In this document: positions 11,338-23,997 of the stretch, in pieces
Layout: each line of letters begins with the position of its first letter
How positions within the stretch are numbered: position 1 is the stretch's first letter
From: Emiliania huxleyi CCMP1516
Lineage: Eukaryota
DNA: 64,000 bases
Direction of reading: 5' to 3'
NCBI RefSeq assembly: GCF_000372725.1
Contig: NW_005201269.1
Coordinates: 186,001-250,000, forward strand
Program-made: the position numbers and the translations under genes
The notes under the pieces: generated by a model
What the model was told of the DNA's origin: nothing
Database searches by the model: none
Seen by the model: only the letters and a program-made list of their open reading frames with translations

Positions 11338-12832
11338 TCAGACGATGATGGTGCGAGTCTCTCCCGAGTCGGGGACGAGCTTGAGGAACTCGGTGTCGCC
11401 GACGCCCTTGCTCTTTCGCAGCTCGAACCACTGCTTCGCCTCGGCCTTGGCGAGCACGAGGAGCAACTTGCCCGCCCTGCAGTGCGGGAGGAGGGGTGGC
11501 TGCACCCGCCGCCCGAGGAGGAGGAGGAGGAGGAGGGTCCTACTCGCGGACGGGCGGGGCGCGGGCGCGGGTGCTCTCTTCCCTGAGCCTTGTCGAGCCT
11601 CTCCCTCCAGGCTTTGGCTCCTCGCGCCCGGCTTCGGCGGCCAGCGGGGCGGGCAGGGCGGGTTCGGGTCCTCGGGACAGGGAGGAGGCGCGGCACCCCG
11701 CGCGAGAGGCTCACACTCGGAGAGACGCGCCTCCCCGCCCCTCGCCCCTCCTCCCCGCCCCTCCTCCCCGCCCCTCGCCCCTCCTCCCCGCCCCTCGCCC
11801 CTCCTCCTCCCCGCCCCTCCGCAACGCGTCTCCCCCCCCCTCCCGGGCCGTCGCTGCCTCGTCTTGAGCGCGCAGCGAGCTGGCTCCACCTCCTCGTGCA
11901 GCAGCGGCACCTGCGCGCAGGGCACATAACGCACCCGTTGCGACAGACATACCACCCTCGCCCATCGTTTTGCCAAACACGGCCATGTGGTCGGAGGGGG
12001 TGGAGGTGGTGGAGCCCTCTCCCGCCCGTGAAGCGGTGCAGCGCCGCGGGCGGAGGGCACGCACGTGCAGCCGCAGCAGCCGGCCCGCCGTCGTCACGCG
12101 CAGGTCGAATGAGCGGTGCCGCACGTCGCATCGGATCGCGCCTGCGCGGCGGTGGCGGCAGCGAGGGGTGAGAGGTGAGAGGCTGCGGGCAGGCAGCGGG
12201 GGCGAGAGGGAAGAGGCGGCGCCTGCGGGCAGCGATCCGGCGCCGGCGAGCGGGATGTGGAGCTTGACGAGCGCATCGGTGTCCTCGAAGGAGAAGGAAG
12301 AGATGGTCGCCTCGGGCGCGCCCGCGGCCACCCGCTCCACACACGTGCGCTGTGGCTGCGGCACTGGCGGCCGCTCCGGGTCGCCGGCCTTGCCCACCGA
12401 GTAGTAGTAGGAGTGCTCTCCCATCCTGGCCTGGCTCGACGCAATCGCCGAGCCCTCCTTGGCAGTCACCCGTGCGGGCCCGCTCGACGCCGCCGCCGGC
12501 GCCGCCGCCGTGACTGCGGGCGGCGCCGGCGCCGCCGCCTGAGGCGCAGCGTCGGCTGTCGGTGGGCCCTCGACCGAGACGAAGAGGTCTGCCCCGTTCG
12601 ATAGACCGCACGGAAGCAGCGCGCCGCACGCGATCGCGGCGCCGCGCGAGTCTCGCAGGTGGAGGCCTCCCGGCGCGAGCGGCGAGCCTGTCTGCTTGGA
12701 GTAGGCGTGCGCAAAGCGCTCGAGGACGGCGGCGGCGCCAAGAGCCTCTCCGCCGACGGTACATTTCATCGTGAACTCGGGTGAGCTCTCCTCGTAGTGG
12801 AGGTAGAGGGTCGTATCGGCGGTCAACGTCAT
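11338..12832 (-). CDS. CS (p23/SGT1/CacyBP-like) domain protein, multi-exon
   Basis: ISSFSFEDTDALVKLHIPL...SFDLRV...PLLHEEVEPARC...KLLLVLAKAEAKQWFELRK assembles across introns. Confidence 0.65.
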
Positions 12833-13356
12833 GCGTTCGCTCACCTGGCCGAAGAGCCTGCGCGTGGTTGTCTGGCCTGACCAACAGGGTTCCGGCTCCT
12901 ACCCGGAGAGGGGGTCTGGCGACTGACTCGCGCCAAAACGCCCTACCTACCTACCTATTGCGGGCGCCAACCGCCAGGCTCCGTGCCCCACCTACCTACC
13001 TGTTCCCAGGCCGCGCTGCGAACGAAGCGAAAAATCCCCGTTGAGCCCTCTGTGAATAGGCTCCCAGCGCCCGCCGCACCCGTCTCGGCTGGCGTCCCAA
13101 CCGCAGGCGACTCGTCTGGCATGGCCCCGTTCGCGGCTAAACGCGCCGTCTCCCGCCCGCGCGAGTGGAAGCGGTTTTCCCACTCCTCTCTTCGGGTTTT
13201 TTATTTACCCCTCCGCCCCTGGGAAGTCGGAAAAGACAAAAGAGATTCCTCGGCCGAAGAACTCACCGGATTTGCTGAAGTTTTTTCGTTGTCATAAACA
13301 TAATAATGTGTTGTGAAGATGATTTTTCTGATGGTCGTGCTAGTGTCTGGTGTCTA

Positions 13357-13970
13357 CTAGCTCCGAGTAGAGCTAGAGGGGGGGTTCCGCTGCTAGGGGA
13401 AACCCGGAGCGCAGAGCCAACCCTCGGAGACCCGTGTTTATTTTACGGCCCGCTTTCCCTGCGAACGCGCACCCCCCCCTAGGGCAGGGGTCAGGGCTCT
13501 CTAGCCCGTAGCCCGATGCCAATCATCCGGCCCGCTGGGTGCGCTTCTTAGCTCCCCACCCCGGCCCTGGATGTGAGGTTGATGACTGCACTCCAAGTGC
13601 TCCAAGTGCTGATGATTTTCCTGGCCATCCGCACCGGCATCAGCCTGACAAACAAACTGCTGCTCCACGAGACGTTCGGCGGCGGCTTCTCGCCCACCGC
13701 CGTTCTCAAGCTGCGCCGCCTCGCGCGCAAAGTCGCGCGCGGCAGCGTCGACCGCACGGCCTACTCGCCCAAGTACTCGCTCTCTTTTATGTCCCACCAT
13801 GCAGAGCGCATCTCTCTCTCTGACTCTGTTGTGCGAGGCCGGTGAACCGCGCCATTCGCTCTCACCTGGCAACCCTGTCTGCACGTCTCGCGCGCGCGTG
13901 AACAGGGCTCCAGGCCCCAAATGACGTGTGAGTGTTAGAGTTGTTTGGTATTGCTAAAAATCTCTCTCTC
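13357..13970 (+). mobile_element. Bipartite non-autonomous CRE-like derivative (repeat head plus LINE 3' end)
   Basis: 13357-13606 matches 2215-2440. 13657-13876 matches the reverse complement of 7536-7760 (LLHETFGG...ERISLS region). Confidence 0.65.
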
Positions 13971-14605
13971 AGCCTGACCCTGACCGGAGGCTGGGCCTCC
14001 CGCGTGCCGCGACGAGGAGAGGAATTTTTTGTCGCGTACAATTCTGGCAAACTTTCTCCACTTTTCGTTCCACCATTCGATTCCTCGAGTGTTCGCGATT
14101 CATGCCTTTAAGCTTTACTGTCTGCATCCATGGCAGCGGCGAGCGGGCAGAGTCCCCCAGTCGCCACAACGCCAGTCCACCACACTCCCCACCCGCACCC
14201 CCAGTCGGCCGCACACGTTAACTTTAACGCACCTCCAGCAGGACTCCTTCACTTTACCTTCCATATTTTCTACTCAACAACAATGGGCACCGACGCTACC
14301 CCACGACGATAAACCCGACTCACAGTGGGAGCTACGATGTGTGCGCGGCGCTTCCGGCGGCCTCAAGAGCGACGAACCCGCCGCGATGTGTCGCAGAGAG
14401 AGAGGAATTCCGCTTCCTTAAGCTACCATCCCTTGGCCTCGCTCTGCACAGCGCATGCATGTGCGCAAGTTTTGACTCGCGGCGCCAGTGGCCCGGCTGC
14501 CTGCGCCAAACGCGGGATGAAGACCGCGCGCGCCTTCGTCAGATGCGGGGATGGGTGACCGGGGGAGCAAACCAGCGCGCATATGCGGTGGCGCAAGCGG
14601 CGCGC

Positions 14606-16176
14606 CTAGGACTGCTGCTGCTGCCGCTTCGCGTACCACTCTGGCACCAGTCGGTGCTTGATGCCGGGCGCGTGCTCGAAGAGCTCCTGCGGCTTGAAGT
14701 CGAAGAGCGGCGGCGGCGGCCGATTGCTCGGCGGTATGCACAGGTCGGGCGCGCGCAGCTCGTCGAAGAAGGGCATCGCGCAGCCGTCGAGGGGCTTGGC
14801 ACGCGTGTCGGGGGCGTACCGGAGGAACGAGCTGACGAGCTCGATGGCGTCCGGCGGCGTGCGCGGTCGGAAGACCTGCTCGCGCGCGGCCGGCGTGGTG
14901 AGGCGGGAGACTGGCGCGCGGTCGGCGGCCGAGGGGGGAGGAGGGCGGCGCGCCTTTGCCCACGGGTGCGGCTTGACCTGCGGGAACTTGTACTCCGTGT
15001 AGTTTTGGTTCATCGACTGGATCTCGTCGAGCGTCGGCGTGCCCAGCACCTTGATGATCTCGACCAGCTGGTCGACGCCAGACTCGCCCGGAAAGAGGGG
15101 CACGCCCAAGAGCAGCTCGGCGAGCACGCAGCCCGCGGACCAGACGTCGATGCAGCAGCTGTAGTCGGTGGCGCCAAAGATGAGCTCCGGCGCGCGGTAG
15201 TAGCGCGAGCAGATGTACGACACGTTTGGCTCCCCCTTGACCAGGATCTTTGCGCTCCCAAAGTCGCACAGCTTGAGCACGTGGCTCGTCGGGTCGACGA
15301 GCAGGTTCTGCGGCTTGATGTCGCGGTGGCAGACGCCGAGGGAGTGGATGTAGGCGAGCGAGCGGCAAAGCTGGTACACGTACAGCTTCAGGTGCAGCAG
15401 CGGGAAGACCTTCTTGGCCTTTGCGTAGTGGCGCGAGAGTCCGTACACAGTCTCGGGCACAAAGTCCATCACAAGGTTGAGGTACGTGTCATCTGCCTGC
15501 AGCGCGGGGCGCGGGCGAAGCTCGGGGTCGACGCCCCGGCGAGGGGGGGGGGGGGAGGGGTCGGTGTGGCCAGTGCGGCGTGCGCCTTCTCCCCCTCGGT
15601 GTAGAAGAAGTGGTGGAGCGTCGTCACGTTGACGTGGTTGTCGAGCATCTTCATGATCTGGAGCTCGCGGTTCTTGAAGCGCTTGTCCTGGAGCACCTTC
15701 TTGATGGCCACCTCCTGCGCCGGCGTGGCGGCCGCGCTTTTCAGAGGCCGCCGCGGCGCCGCAGCTGCGTTGGCCCGCGCGCAAGGAGAGGGCACGGCCG
15801 CAAGCGGGCGCGGAGGCGGAGGGGGGGGGGGGGGGACGCGGTTTCCTTGTCATTCTGCTTGACGTGCGCCCGGTAGACGACGCCAAAGGAGCCGTTGCCG
15901 ATGACACGCTCATTGACAAAGACCCAGCGCGACGGAGGGTCCGCTCCGCCGTTACTACTGCTCGCCCCGCCGCGCGCATCGCTGCCTGCGGGAGAAGGCG
16001 CCGCAATCAGCGCCTTGCCCTCCAGGGTAACCAGCGCCGCGAGCTGTCGCCCGGGCAGGGTGGCGCGTGCGAGCGAGGGGGGAGGGGCGTGGCGCGCGCG
16101 AGCTGCGGCGTGGCGGCGCACCGGAGATGGTCATCGATTTGAGGTCTGCTTCTGTCGACGACGATGCCTTTGCCAT
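14606..16176 (-). CDS. GSK3: Glycogen synthase kinase 3 / shaggy-like kinase, 5 exons
   Basis: [86 protein letters not shown]. Confidence 0.97.
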
Positions 16177-16260
16177 CGCCGGCTGACCTGCGCGCGAGCG
16201 GCGGGAACTGAGCACGCCGTGGCTGGCTGCCCCGACGGTGCATGCTGGTGAGCGGCGGTC

Positions 16261-18045
16261 GTCCGTGTGCGCGCCCAGCCGCCCTGCGCTGCGGCTCTGC
16301 GCTGCGGCGGTGCTGTGCCGCGACGCCGCACAGCGTGCACCGCACGCGCGATCGCCGGCTGCAGACTGACAGGGCGCTTCAAGGAAGCGGACGGCGGCGC
16401 GCTAGGCGGAGTGTGCCCGCCCCGGCGCGCTGCGGAAGCTAGGCCCCGCGCCTGGGTGGCAGCCTTCTGCTCGCTCGCTGGACCGCCTTTTGGCTGCGGC
16501 GTCTAGAAAAGAATTTTACCGGACCCACGGCACTGGCACGGGCAGCTTGAACAGCGCTTCATTCGAATGGCGTTCGCCTCGGACGGCCTGAGGGCCCAAC
16601 TTCAGAATCGTGCTTTGAGTTGGGTTGTTTCGTGTTCATAAGTCTTTTCTCCCCGCAACTGAGGGGGTGGTTCCGGAGTTCGACGCTCCGGTCCGTTTCG
16701 CGCCCAGCCAAGGTAGCGACGATGCTCTCGACGCTACGACACACTGGCGGCAAGAGGAAGGAAAGGGAGAGCGGAGCCGCTGCTGATGAGGACCACGGCG
16801 ATGGCGACGGCTATGCCATCAAGATGCTGCAGCGTCTCCTCGATGTTGCACGGCCCAAACAAGCAACTTCTCGATCACTGGCCGACACACTCGAGCTCGT
16901 AGTTGACGATGGAGTGTCCACGCAGCGAAATTGCAAGGAGGCACGTACATCGTCGGCGGCAAAGAGCGCGCCAACGCAAAGAGGCACCTGCGTCATGAGC
17001 CGGAGACGAAAGGCGTTATGCGCATGGTGCTAGACGCGGCCGGCGAAGATGATCTGCCGCAGGCAAGCTGCTGCTGCTACTGCCGCTGCCGCACGTAGCG
17101 CTCGCGCCCAACCAGTCGCAGCCCCCGCGCCTGCAGGTGCTCGAGCTCGTCTCGAAGCTTCAAACCAGCGCTGGCCGCGCTGCGCTGGTCGAAATGTACG
17201 GAGCAAAGCACGAATGCGCCGACGCCGCCGAGATGGCAGATGACGATGATGATGTCGATGCGAGCCGCTGCGTCCCGCCCGCAGGGACCAAAGTAGCGCT
17301 GTGCAAGCTTGCTGCCCACACCGTCATGAATGAGCAGAGTGGCACAATCGTCAACTACTCAGCTGAAGCTGATCGGTACGTGGTGCAGCTCGAGGATGGA
17401 ACGCGCGTGCGAGTGTGTCGTGGCAACTTACGCCTCGAGGCGCTGACAACTTATGATTTCGCTCATGCCATCGGCGAGACCTGCACTGCTTTCTCACGTC
17501 TCGCTGCTCGCCACGTGGTGGGCGGCGGTCGTCGCGTGGGTCCGTGTGCGCGCCCAGCCGCCCTGCGCTGCGGCTCTGCGCTGCGGCGGTGCTGTGCCGC
17601 GACGCCGCACAGCGTGCACCGCACGCGCGATCGCCGGCTGCAGACTGACAGGGCGCTTCAAGGAAGCGGACGGCGGCGCGCTAGGCGGAGTGTGCCCGCC
17701 CCGGCGCGCTGCGGAAGCTAGGCCCCGCGCCTGGGTGGCAGCCTTCTGCTCGCTCGCTGGACCGCCTTTTGGCTGCGGCGTCTAGAAAAGAATTTTACGG
17801 GACCCACGGCACTGGCACGGGCAGCTTGAACAGCGCTTCATTCGAATGGCGTTCGCCTCGGACGGCCTGAGGGCCCAACTTCAGAATCGTGCTTTGAGTT
17901 GGGTTGTTTCGTGTTCATAAGTCTTTTCTCCCGGCAACTGAGGGGGTGGTTCCGGAGTTCGACGCTCCGGTCCGTTTCGCGCCCAGCCAAGGTAGCGACG
18001 ATGCTCTCGACGCTACGACACACTGGCGGCAAGAGGAAGGAAAGG
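16261..18045 (+). repeat. 506-bp near-identical direct duplication (16261-16766 and 17540-18045) containing GSK3 upstream DNA and a TIR
   Basis: Constant offset of 1279 with only a few mismatches. Confidence 0.9.
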
Positions 18046-19962
18046 TCCCCTGTGCAAGAACCGTGCGGCAAGATGCGGTAGGTAGACATTCTACCTCCCA
18101 TCCAACCCACCGAAACCCGTATGGATGGGTTTTACCGCCGCCTTTTACCATCCATAGCCGTCGGGTTTTACCTCGCGTTCTCTTGGTGTCGTCTATGGTT
18201 TGCTAGACCCATGAGACCATCCTCGCCGCGCTATCGGGCGCCTCCACCGCCGCCCTCAGCCACGCCGCTACGACCGTCGGAGGCGTCAACTCCGCCGTCA
18301 CATGGTATCAGCTCTGATCGCGGTCCAGCGCCAGCCCAACACGCCAATCCACCCGCAGGCTCAGCGCCTGCCATGCGGCCGCCGCCACCAGTGCTGCGGC
18401 CGCCACCGCAGCAGCTGCCGCCACTGCCCACCGGCCCGCCACCAGGGACGACTGGGCACGAGCCACCCGTCGGGCACGTGCCGCCCGCCGGCTCCTACGC
18501 ATCACCATCGCAATGTGGTGCGGCATCGCACAGCCAATGCGCAATGCCGATGCAGCCGGTCCCGCCGGCCCAGCAACTGCATATGCATGGCGGGTGTGGA
18601 GCCCCACAGCCCTTCTTCAGCCAGCCCTTCTGCGCCAGCGCCGGCCAGCTGTACTCGCAGCCCGCTATGTATTCGCCGCAGCAACAGTACGGCATGCCGC
18701 AGCAGTGCATAATGGACCCGGCATTGCCCCCCTTCATGCAGGGCATGGCTCAGCCAGGAGGCTCCATCCACCCTGCCCAGTGGGAGCAGCAGGCCTACTG
18801 CTACCCGCAACCCGCCGGTGCATACGGCGCCATCCCGCCCCTCTGCGGAGGCGCAGGCACGTACCCGTCTCAGGCCTGGATGCCACCAGCAGCGCCACAG
18901 CCGCCGCCCGCGCCAGTGCCGCCTCCAGCGCCTACGCCTGGTGCCGGCGCCGCGCCCCCACATGCCGCCGGCTCCGCCCCTGCCAATGTCACCGTCGATG
19001 AACTACGGACGCTCCTCAACTGCGCCAGCGTCTCCGGCGCCACCTCTGCCAGCCGCAAGTCATTCAAGGCGCTTTCGGCGGCCGAGGTTAACGAGCTCAA
19101 GACGAAGCTCGTCAAGACCGACATCGTCCCCTTCATCAACCGCTTGTGGAGGAAGGCGTATCGCAGAGGCGAAATCTTCCGCCGGCTCCACGGCTTCTGG
19201 GCCAGCGGGACTCGCAGCCAGCTCGTCGCCTCTGCGGGCCGATCCCGCCCAGCGACATTGGGGGGGGTGCGGTAGGTAGACATTCTACCACCCATCCAAC
19301 CCACCGAAACCCGTATGGATGGGTTTTACCGCCGCCTTTTACCATCCATAGCCGTCGGGTTTTACCTCGCGTTCTCTTGGTGTCGTCTATGGTTTGCTAG
19401 ACCCATGAGACCATCCTCGCCGCGCTATCGGGCGCCTCCACCGCCGCCCTCAGCCACGCCGCTACGACCGTCGGAGGCGTCAACTCCGCCGTCACACAAG
19501 AAGAGCTCGATGGGGAGCGAGCTCTTCTCTTGCCGCACGGCTCTTCTGTGTGCCGGCACAGAGCTCCGTGCAAGCCTTTCAGCGTGATAGGAACGAGTGT
19601 ATCGCTTCGACGGATCGACCGTGCTTGTTATCAAGACCGATGTGACGTACACAGTGACACATCAGACGACACATATTCTCCCACCCGCCGGGACGCAAAA
19701 CGCTCTCGACGAGAGCCTGAAGAAGGCGTCCACACAGCAAGCCGCTCGGTCGATCACGTTGCTCGCTCGATGCCGGCGAGCGCATGGCACACGCCTTGGA
19801 CGGTGGCGAAGCCAAAAACACCGATGGTGGCCGTCCGCTGGCGTGAGCGGCGGCGGTCGAGACCTCACCATTCGCGCCGACGACCCAACCTCACGCGGAA
19901 CAACCCAACCCGGGCCAACAACCCAACCCAACCCAAAAAGCACGATTCTGAGGTTGGGCCCT
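17870..19962. mobile_element. Non-autonomous TIR DNA transposon; its left end is also duplicated at 16591
   Basis: TIR AGGGCCCAAC(T/C)TCAGAATCGTGCTTT at 17870 and inverted at ~19938-19962. Direct repeat CGGCCTG at 17863-17869 and 19963-19969. Confidence 0.75.
18074..19496 (+). mobile_element. Non-autonomous LTR retrotransposon (TRIM-like) with a truncated gag-like P/Q-rich ORF
   Basis: 229-bp TG...CA LTRs at 18074-18302 and 19268-19496 with one mismatch noticed. PBS TGGTATCAG directly at 18303, G-tract before the 3' LTR, 5-bp TSD CAAGA. Confidence 0.92.
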
Positions 19963-20918
19963 CGGCCTGCCGCCGCCGGCGCACAACGCTGCCGCTGCCG
20001 AGGGCGCGGCGCGCGGCCGCGACGGCGCGCAAGCGGCCGATGATGGCCAGAGACCCGGCGTCAAGTGCCGACTCGACGGCGAGCTCGCGAGCGCGCGCGT
20101 CGGCGTCGACGACGCCAAAGGAGGCGACACCATTATGGTGGACGCCACGCACATGGCCGCTGCGGCGGCCGCCGGCACCGACAGCACCACGAAGCGCCTG
20201 CTGCACGTCGCGCTTGCGGTGCGCGACGGCACGCACATCCCTGACATCCAAAACAAGACGGCGCTCGTCACCGAGATACGCCAACTTGTCAAGAAGACAC
20301 CAGGCTGCGAGGCGCAGCCGGCGAGCGCGATCAGCGTCCCCGTCGTTGGCACGTCAAGGGCCATTTGCGTCGCCTTCAGCGGCGAGAGGGAGGCGGCGGT
20401 GGCGGCGGCGGCGGCGGCGCCTCCGAACTTTTGGTAGCGGTCGTCAAAGTTGCAAGCGGCGACGCCGGCGGCAGCCGGATCGGGTGATCGCGGCGCGTCG
20501 ATCCAGCAGCGGAGCATCCACCAGGGGGGTGCAGCTTTTGCTGGAGGCTCCACAGGTCCATCCACGGGCCGTGTGCCGAGGTCGAGCGTCTCGGCGGCCT
20601 CGAGGGTACGAAGGTCGGGGTATGATCGCCTCACGAGGCTCCATGTCAGCGGATTCACGCTGGCCAGGAGCGGAAGGCCCAGAGAGAACACAAAAAGCAT
20701 CATAGGCAAAGGATCTCTGGACGGGGGTACAACGAAGGGGGAACAACCCACACCACACAAGACGCCAAAGCACAAAAGAATAACAAGACAGTGTACTCAG
20801 GCAGTCTCATGCGGAAGAGTCAGATATACAAAGAGCACCTAAAGGAGCAAGGCATACAGCTGTGAAGTGGTCTGACCAGGCCCCCAGCGCGGCGCCGGCA
20901 CGAGTGTTCGAAGAGAAT

Positions 20919-22313
20919 ATGACGTTGGAGCCGTCGGCATCGTCGCCCGGAGTCAGCAGCCTCGACGGCACGCTGATGAGCGCGGCGGACCGCGAGGCGC
21001 TGCGGCTGGCCATCGAGGGCAACTACTGCACGGTTGTGCGCGGCTCAACTGGCTGCGGCAAGACGACGCAGCTGCCGCAGCTGCTGCTCGCCGCGGGCTT
21101 CGGGCCGGTCTGCGTGACGCAGCCGCGCCGGATGGCGGCGATCGCTGCCGCGCGGCGGGTCGCGCAGGAGCGCGGCGGCGAGGTGGGCGGCGAGGTCGGC
21201 TACGCCATTCGCTTTGAGCAAGAGTGCGGGCCGTCGACGCAGATCAAGTTCGTCACGGACGGCGTGCTGCTGCGCGAGGCGGTCCGCGACCAGGCGCTGT
21301 CGCACTACGGCGCGGTCGTCCTCGACGAGGCGCACGAGCGCTCGATCAACACGGACGTGCTCCTCACCGTCGCCAAGCAGATCCTCTCCGGGTTGCAGGG
21401 CGGGGAGGCAGCGGGCGAGGGGGCGGGCGAGGCGGCGGGGAGGGCGCGCGGGCCGCGCCGCCTCGTCGTTGCCTCGGCGACGTTGGACGCGGCCCGCTTT
21501 AGCCGCTTCTTCCGCGACGCTCCGGTCGTCGAGGTGTCGTCGCGCACGTTTCCCGTCACGGCGCAGCCTCGCCGCGTTGGGCCGGGTTTCCCCGGAGCCT
21601 TGCCTGACCCTTCCCCGGGGCCCTTTGCTCAGGTGCACCACGTCGCCAAGCCGCTCACCTCGGACGGCGCGCGGCTCGAGGCGGCGCTCGAGGTTGCGCT
21701 GCGCGTGCACGCCCAGCGGCCGGCCGGCCCAGGAGAGGACGCCCTCGCCCGCCTCGCGCCTTGTCGGAGCCTGCCCCGAGCCTCCTCGGAACCGTCGTGT
21801 AGGAGAGGACGTCCTCGTCTTCCTCGCCGGCCAGGACGAGATCTCCACGGCGGCGCACGCCGCTCGAGGGCGCGCGCCCAACCCTTCTCAACCCATTCCT
21901 CTCCAGCCATCCCTCTCCCCACACTCGCCGCCCCCCACCTCCCCGCCCGCCCTCCACACCCCCCTGCCACCCTCCCCGCCACACCCCCCGCCCTGCCTCC
22001 GCCTCCGCACCGACCTCCCGGCCGCTGCACCGCGTCAGGCTCGCCGAGCAGCTCCTCGAGGCGGACCCGGACGGGCCGCGGCTGCAGGTGCACCCGCTGC
22101 ACGCCTCGCTCCCCTCGGCGGACCAGGCGCGCGTCTTTCGGCCGCCGCCGCCGCGCACGCGCCGGCTCATCCTCGCGACAAACATCGCCGAGACGTCGCT
22201 CACGCTGCCGGGCGTGCGCACCGTCATCGACGCCGGCGTCGCCAAGGAGAAGCGGTACGAGCGCGACCGCGGCATGGAGGTCCTCTTCCACCCCACACCA
22301 CAGACACACACAC

Positions 22314-22387
<74 letters not shown>

Positions 22388-22403
22388 GCACGCACACCGC
22401 ACG

Positions 22404-22441
<38 letters not shown>

Positions 22442-23997
22442 CACACACACACACGCACACACACACGCACACGCACGCGCACACACCACAACACACACAC
22501 ACACACAAGCACACACACATCGCCCACGCGCACCGGGCTTTGCACGTTGAATGCCGTGGGGCTCCTGTCGTCAAGACGTGGAGTCGCGAGGGCTGCCTGG
22601 CCCCTTGCCCCACCACCTCGTGCGCCCTTGTGCGGAGAAGCCTAGCTTACCCTCCCTTACCATAGGTCCTGTCGGTAGTCCCGATCTCGCAGAGCAACGC
22701 GGTGCAGCGCGCCGGCCGCGCCGGCCGCACGGCGGCGGGCGAGGTGTGGCGGCTGTACAGCGAGGATCAGCTTGCGGGGATGGCCTCCGAGCCCCAGCCC
22801 GAGATCCGGCGGTCCAACCTCGCCAATGTGCCCCTTCCCGCGCCGGAGGGCGGCGCGAGTCTCTGGTGGCGGGTGCCTCACTCTTCTCGCGTTGGCTGCA
22901 GGTGGTCCTCTCGCTCAAGGAGATGGGGGTGGCGCGGCCAGAGGCGCTCGGCGACCGCTCGACGTCGCGATCTAGCCCGGACCGCCTCCTCACGCCCTCC
23001 TCGCTGCGAGCAGGCGCTCGACTGGCTCGACCCGCCCGAGCCGGAGGCGGTGCACGCGGCGCTGAGGCAGCTCTTCCTGCTCGGCGCGCTCGACGGGCGC
23101 GGCGAGCTCACCGCCGCCGGCGCGGCGATGGCGCAGCTGCCGCTCGAGCCGTCGCTCTCAAAGACGATGCTCACCGCGGCGGCGCTCGGCTGCCGCGACG
23201 AGGCGGCGAGCGTGTGTGCGCTCGTCTGCGGCGAGGAGGTCTTTTGCCGCGCGGGTCCGCCGTGGCTGCGCGAGGCTGCGGCCGAGTCGCGGCTGCACTA
23301 CGAGAGCGCCGACGGCGACCACATGACGCTGCTCTCCGCGTACGAGGATTGGGCGCTCGTCCCGCACTACCAGCGCGAGGCGTGGTGCGCAGAGCGGGGT
23401 CTGCAGGGCCGCGCGCTGCGGGCGGCGCACAGCGTGCGCACCCAGATCCTCAGCCTGCTCTCCAAGTCCGGCCCTCGCGGCGGCGGGGAGGAGGCGACGG
23501 CGGCCCACTCCGCGGCCGAGGCGCGCGCGCGCTGCCGCCGCGCCATCTGCGCGGGCCACTTTATGCACGCGGCGCGGCGGGCGCACGCCGTCCGCGCTTT
23601 TGTCACGCTTGGTGAGCCGCCGCAGACGGTGCAGGCGCGGGCGGGCAACGAGCAGCTGCTGAGCAGCGCGACGCACGTCGTCTTCAGCGAGCTCGCGTGG
23701 GTGGGCCGGCTGGTCATGCAGCACGCGTGCGCCGTCGAGCCAGCGTGGCTGCAGGAGCTCACGCCGCGGCTGGCCGAGGCGAAGCGGGTGCTCCGGCTCG
23801 GCGGCGTGGGGGGGCACTGGCGCGGCGACGGGGAGGTCGGCGCGGGGGCGGAGGCGGGCGGAGGCGGAGGCGGGCGGCCCGCCGGCGACGAGTCGGGGCC
23901 GCCCGGCCCGGCCGCGGCGCGGCGCAACAACGACGCCACCGTGGCCGCGGCGAGGTTGCGGCTGGAGGAGCGGAGGAAGCGCGCGCGGTTGCCGTAA
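20919..23997 (+). CDS. DEAH-box RNA helicase (Prp22/DHX40-like), multi-exon
   Basis: GSTGCGKTTQ, TQPRR, DEAHERS, SAT, ATNIAETSLT, QRAGRAGR and the HA2 region. About six introns. Confidence 0.93.
22280..22665 (+). mobile_element. SINE-like element copy A with a (CA)n head, making up a DEAH intron
   Basis: Core ccacgcgcac..gccgtggggctcctgtc..gtggagtcgcgaggg..ggagaag..(cttac)n is shared with 41530-41688, 50031-50173 and 55591-55739. Flanked by AGGTCCT repeats. Confidence 0.7.

Noticed and set aside
14339..15604. Long antisense or alternative-frame ORFs overlapping real genes (also 26475-27950, 33357-34388, 47918-49720)
   Set aside because: Stop-poor shadows of high-GC3 coding sequence with no family motifs.
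16261..18045. 506-bp direct repeats as LTRs
   Set aside because: No TG..CA ends, PBS or TSD; they include host flank and a TIR, so this is a segmental duplication.
19980..20800. Short ORFs upstream of the DEAH helicase
   Set aside because: Interrupted by stops and no recognisable family.
21629..22616. ORFs rich in VC/HT dipeptides (also near 41300, 51900, 58770) and SL/RE ORFs (5500, 59100)
   Set aside because: These are translations of (CA)n and (CT)n microsatellites.
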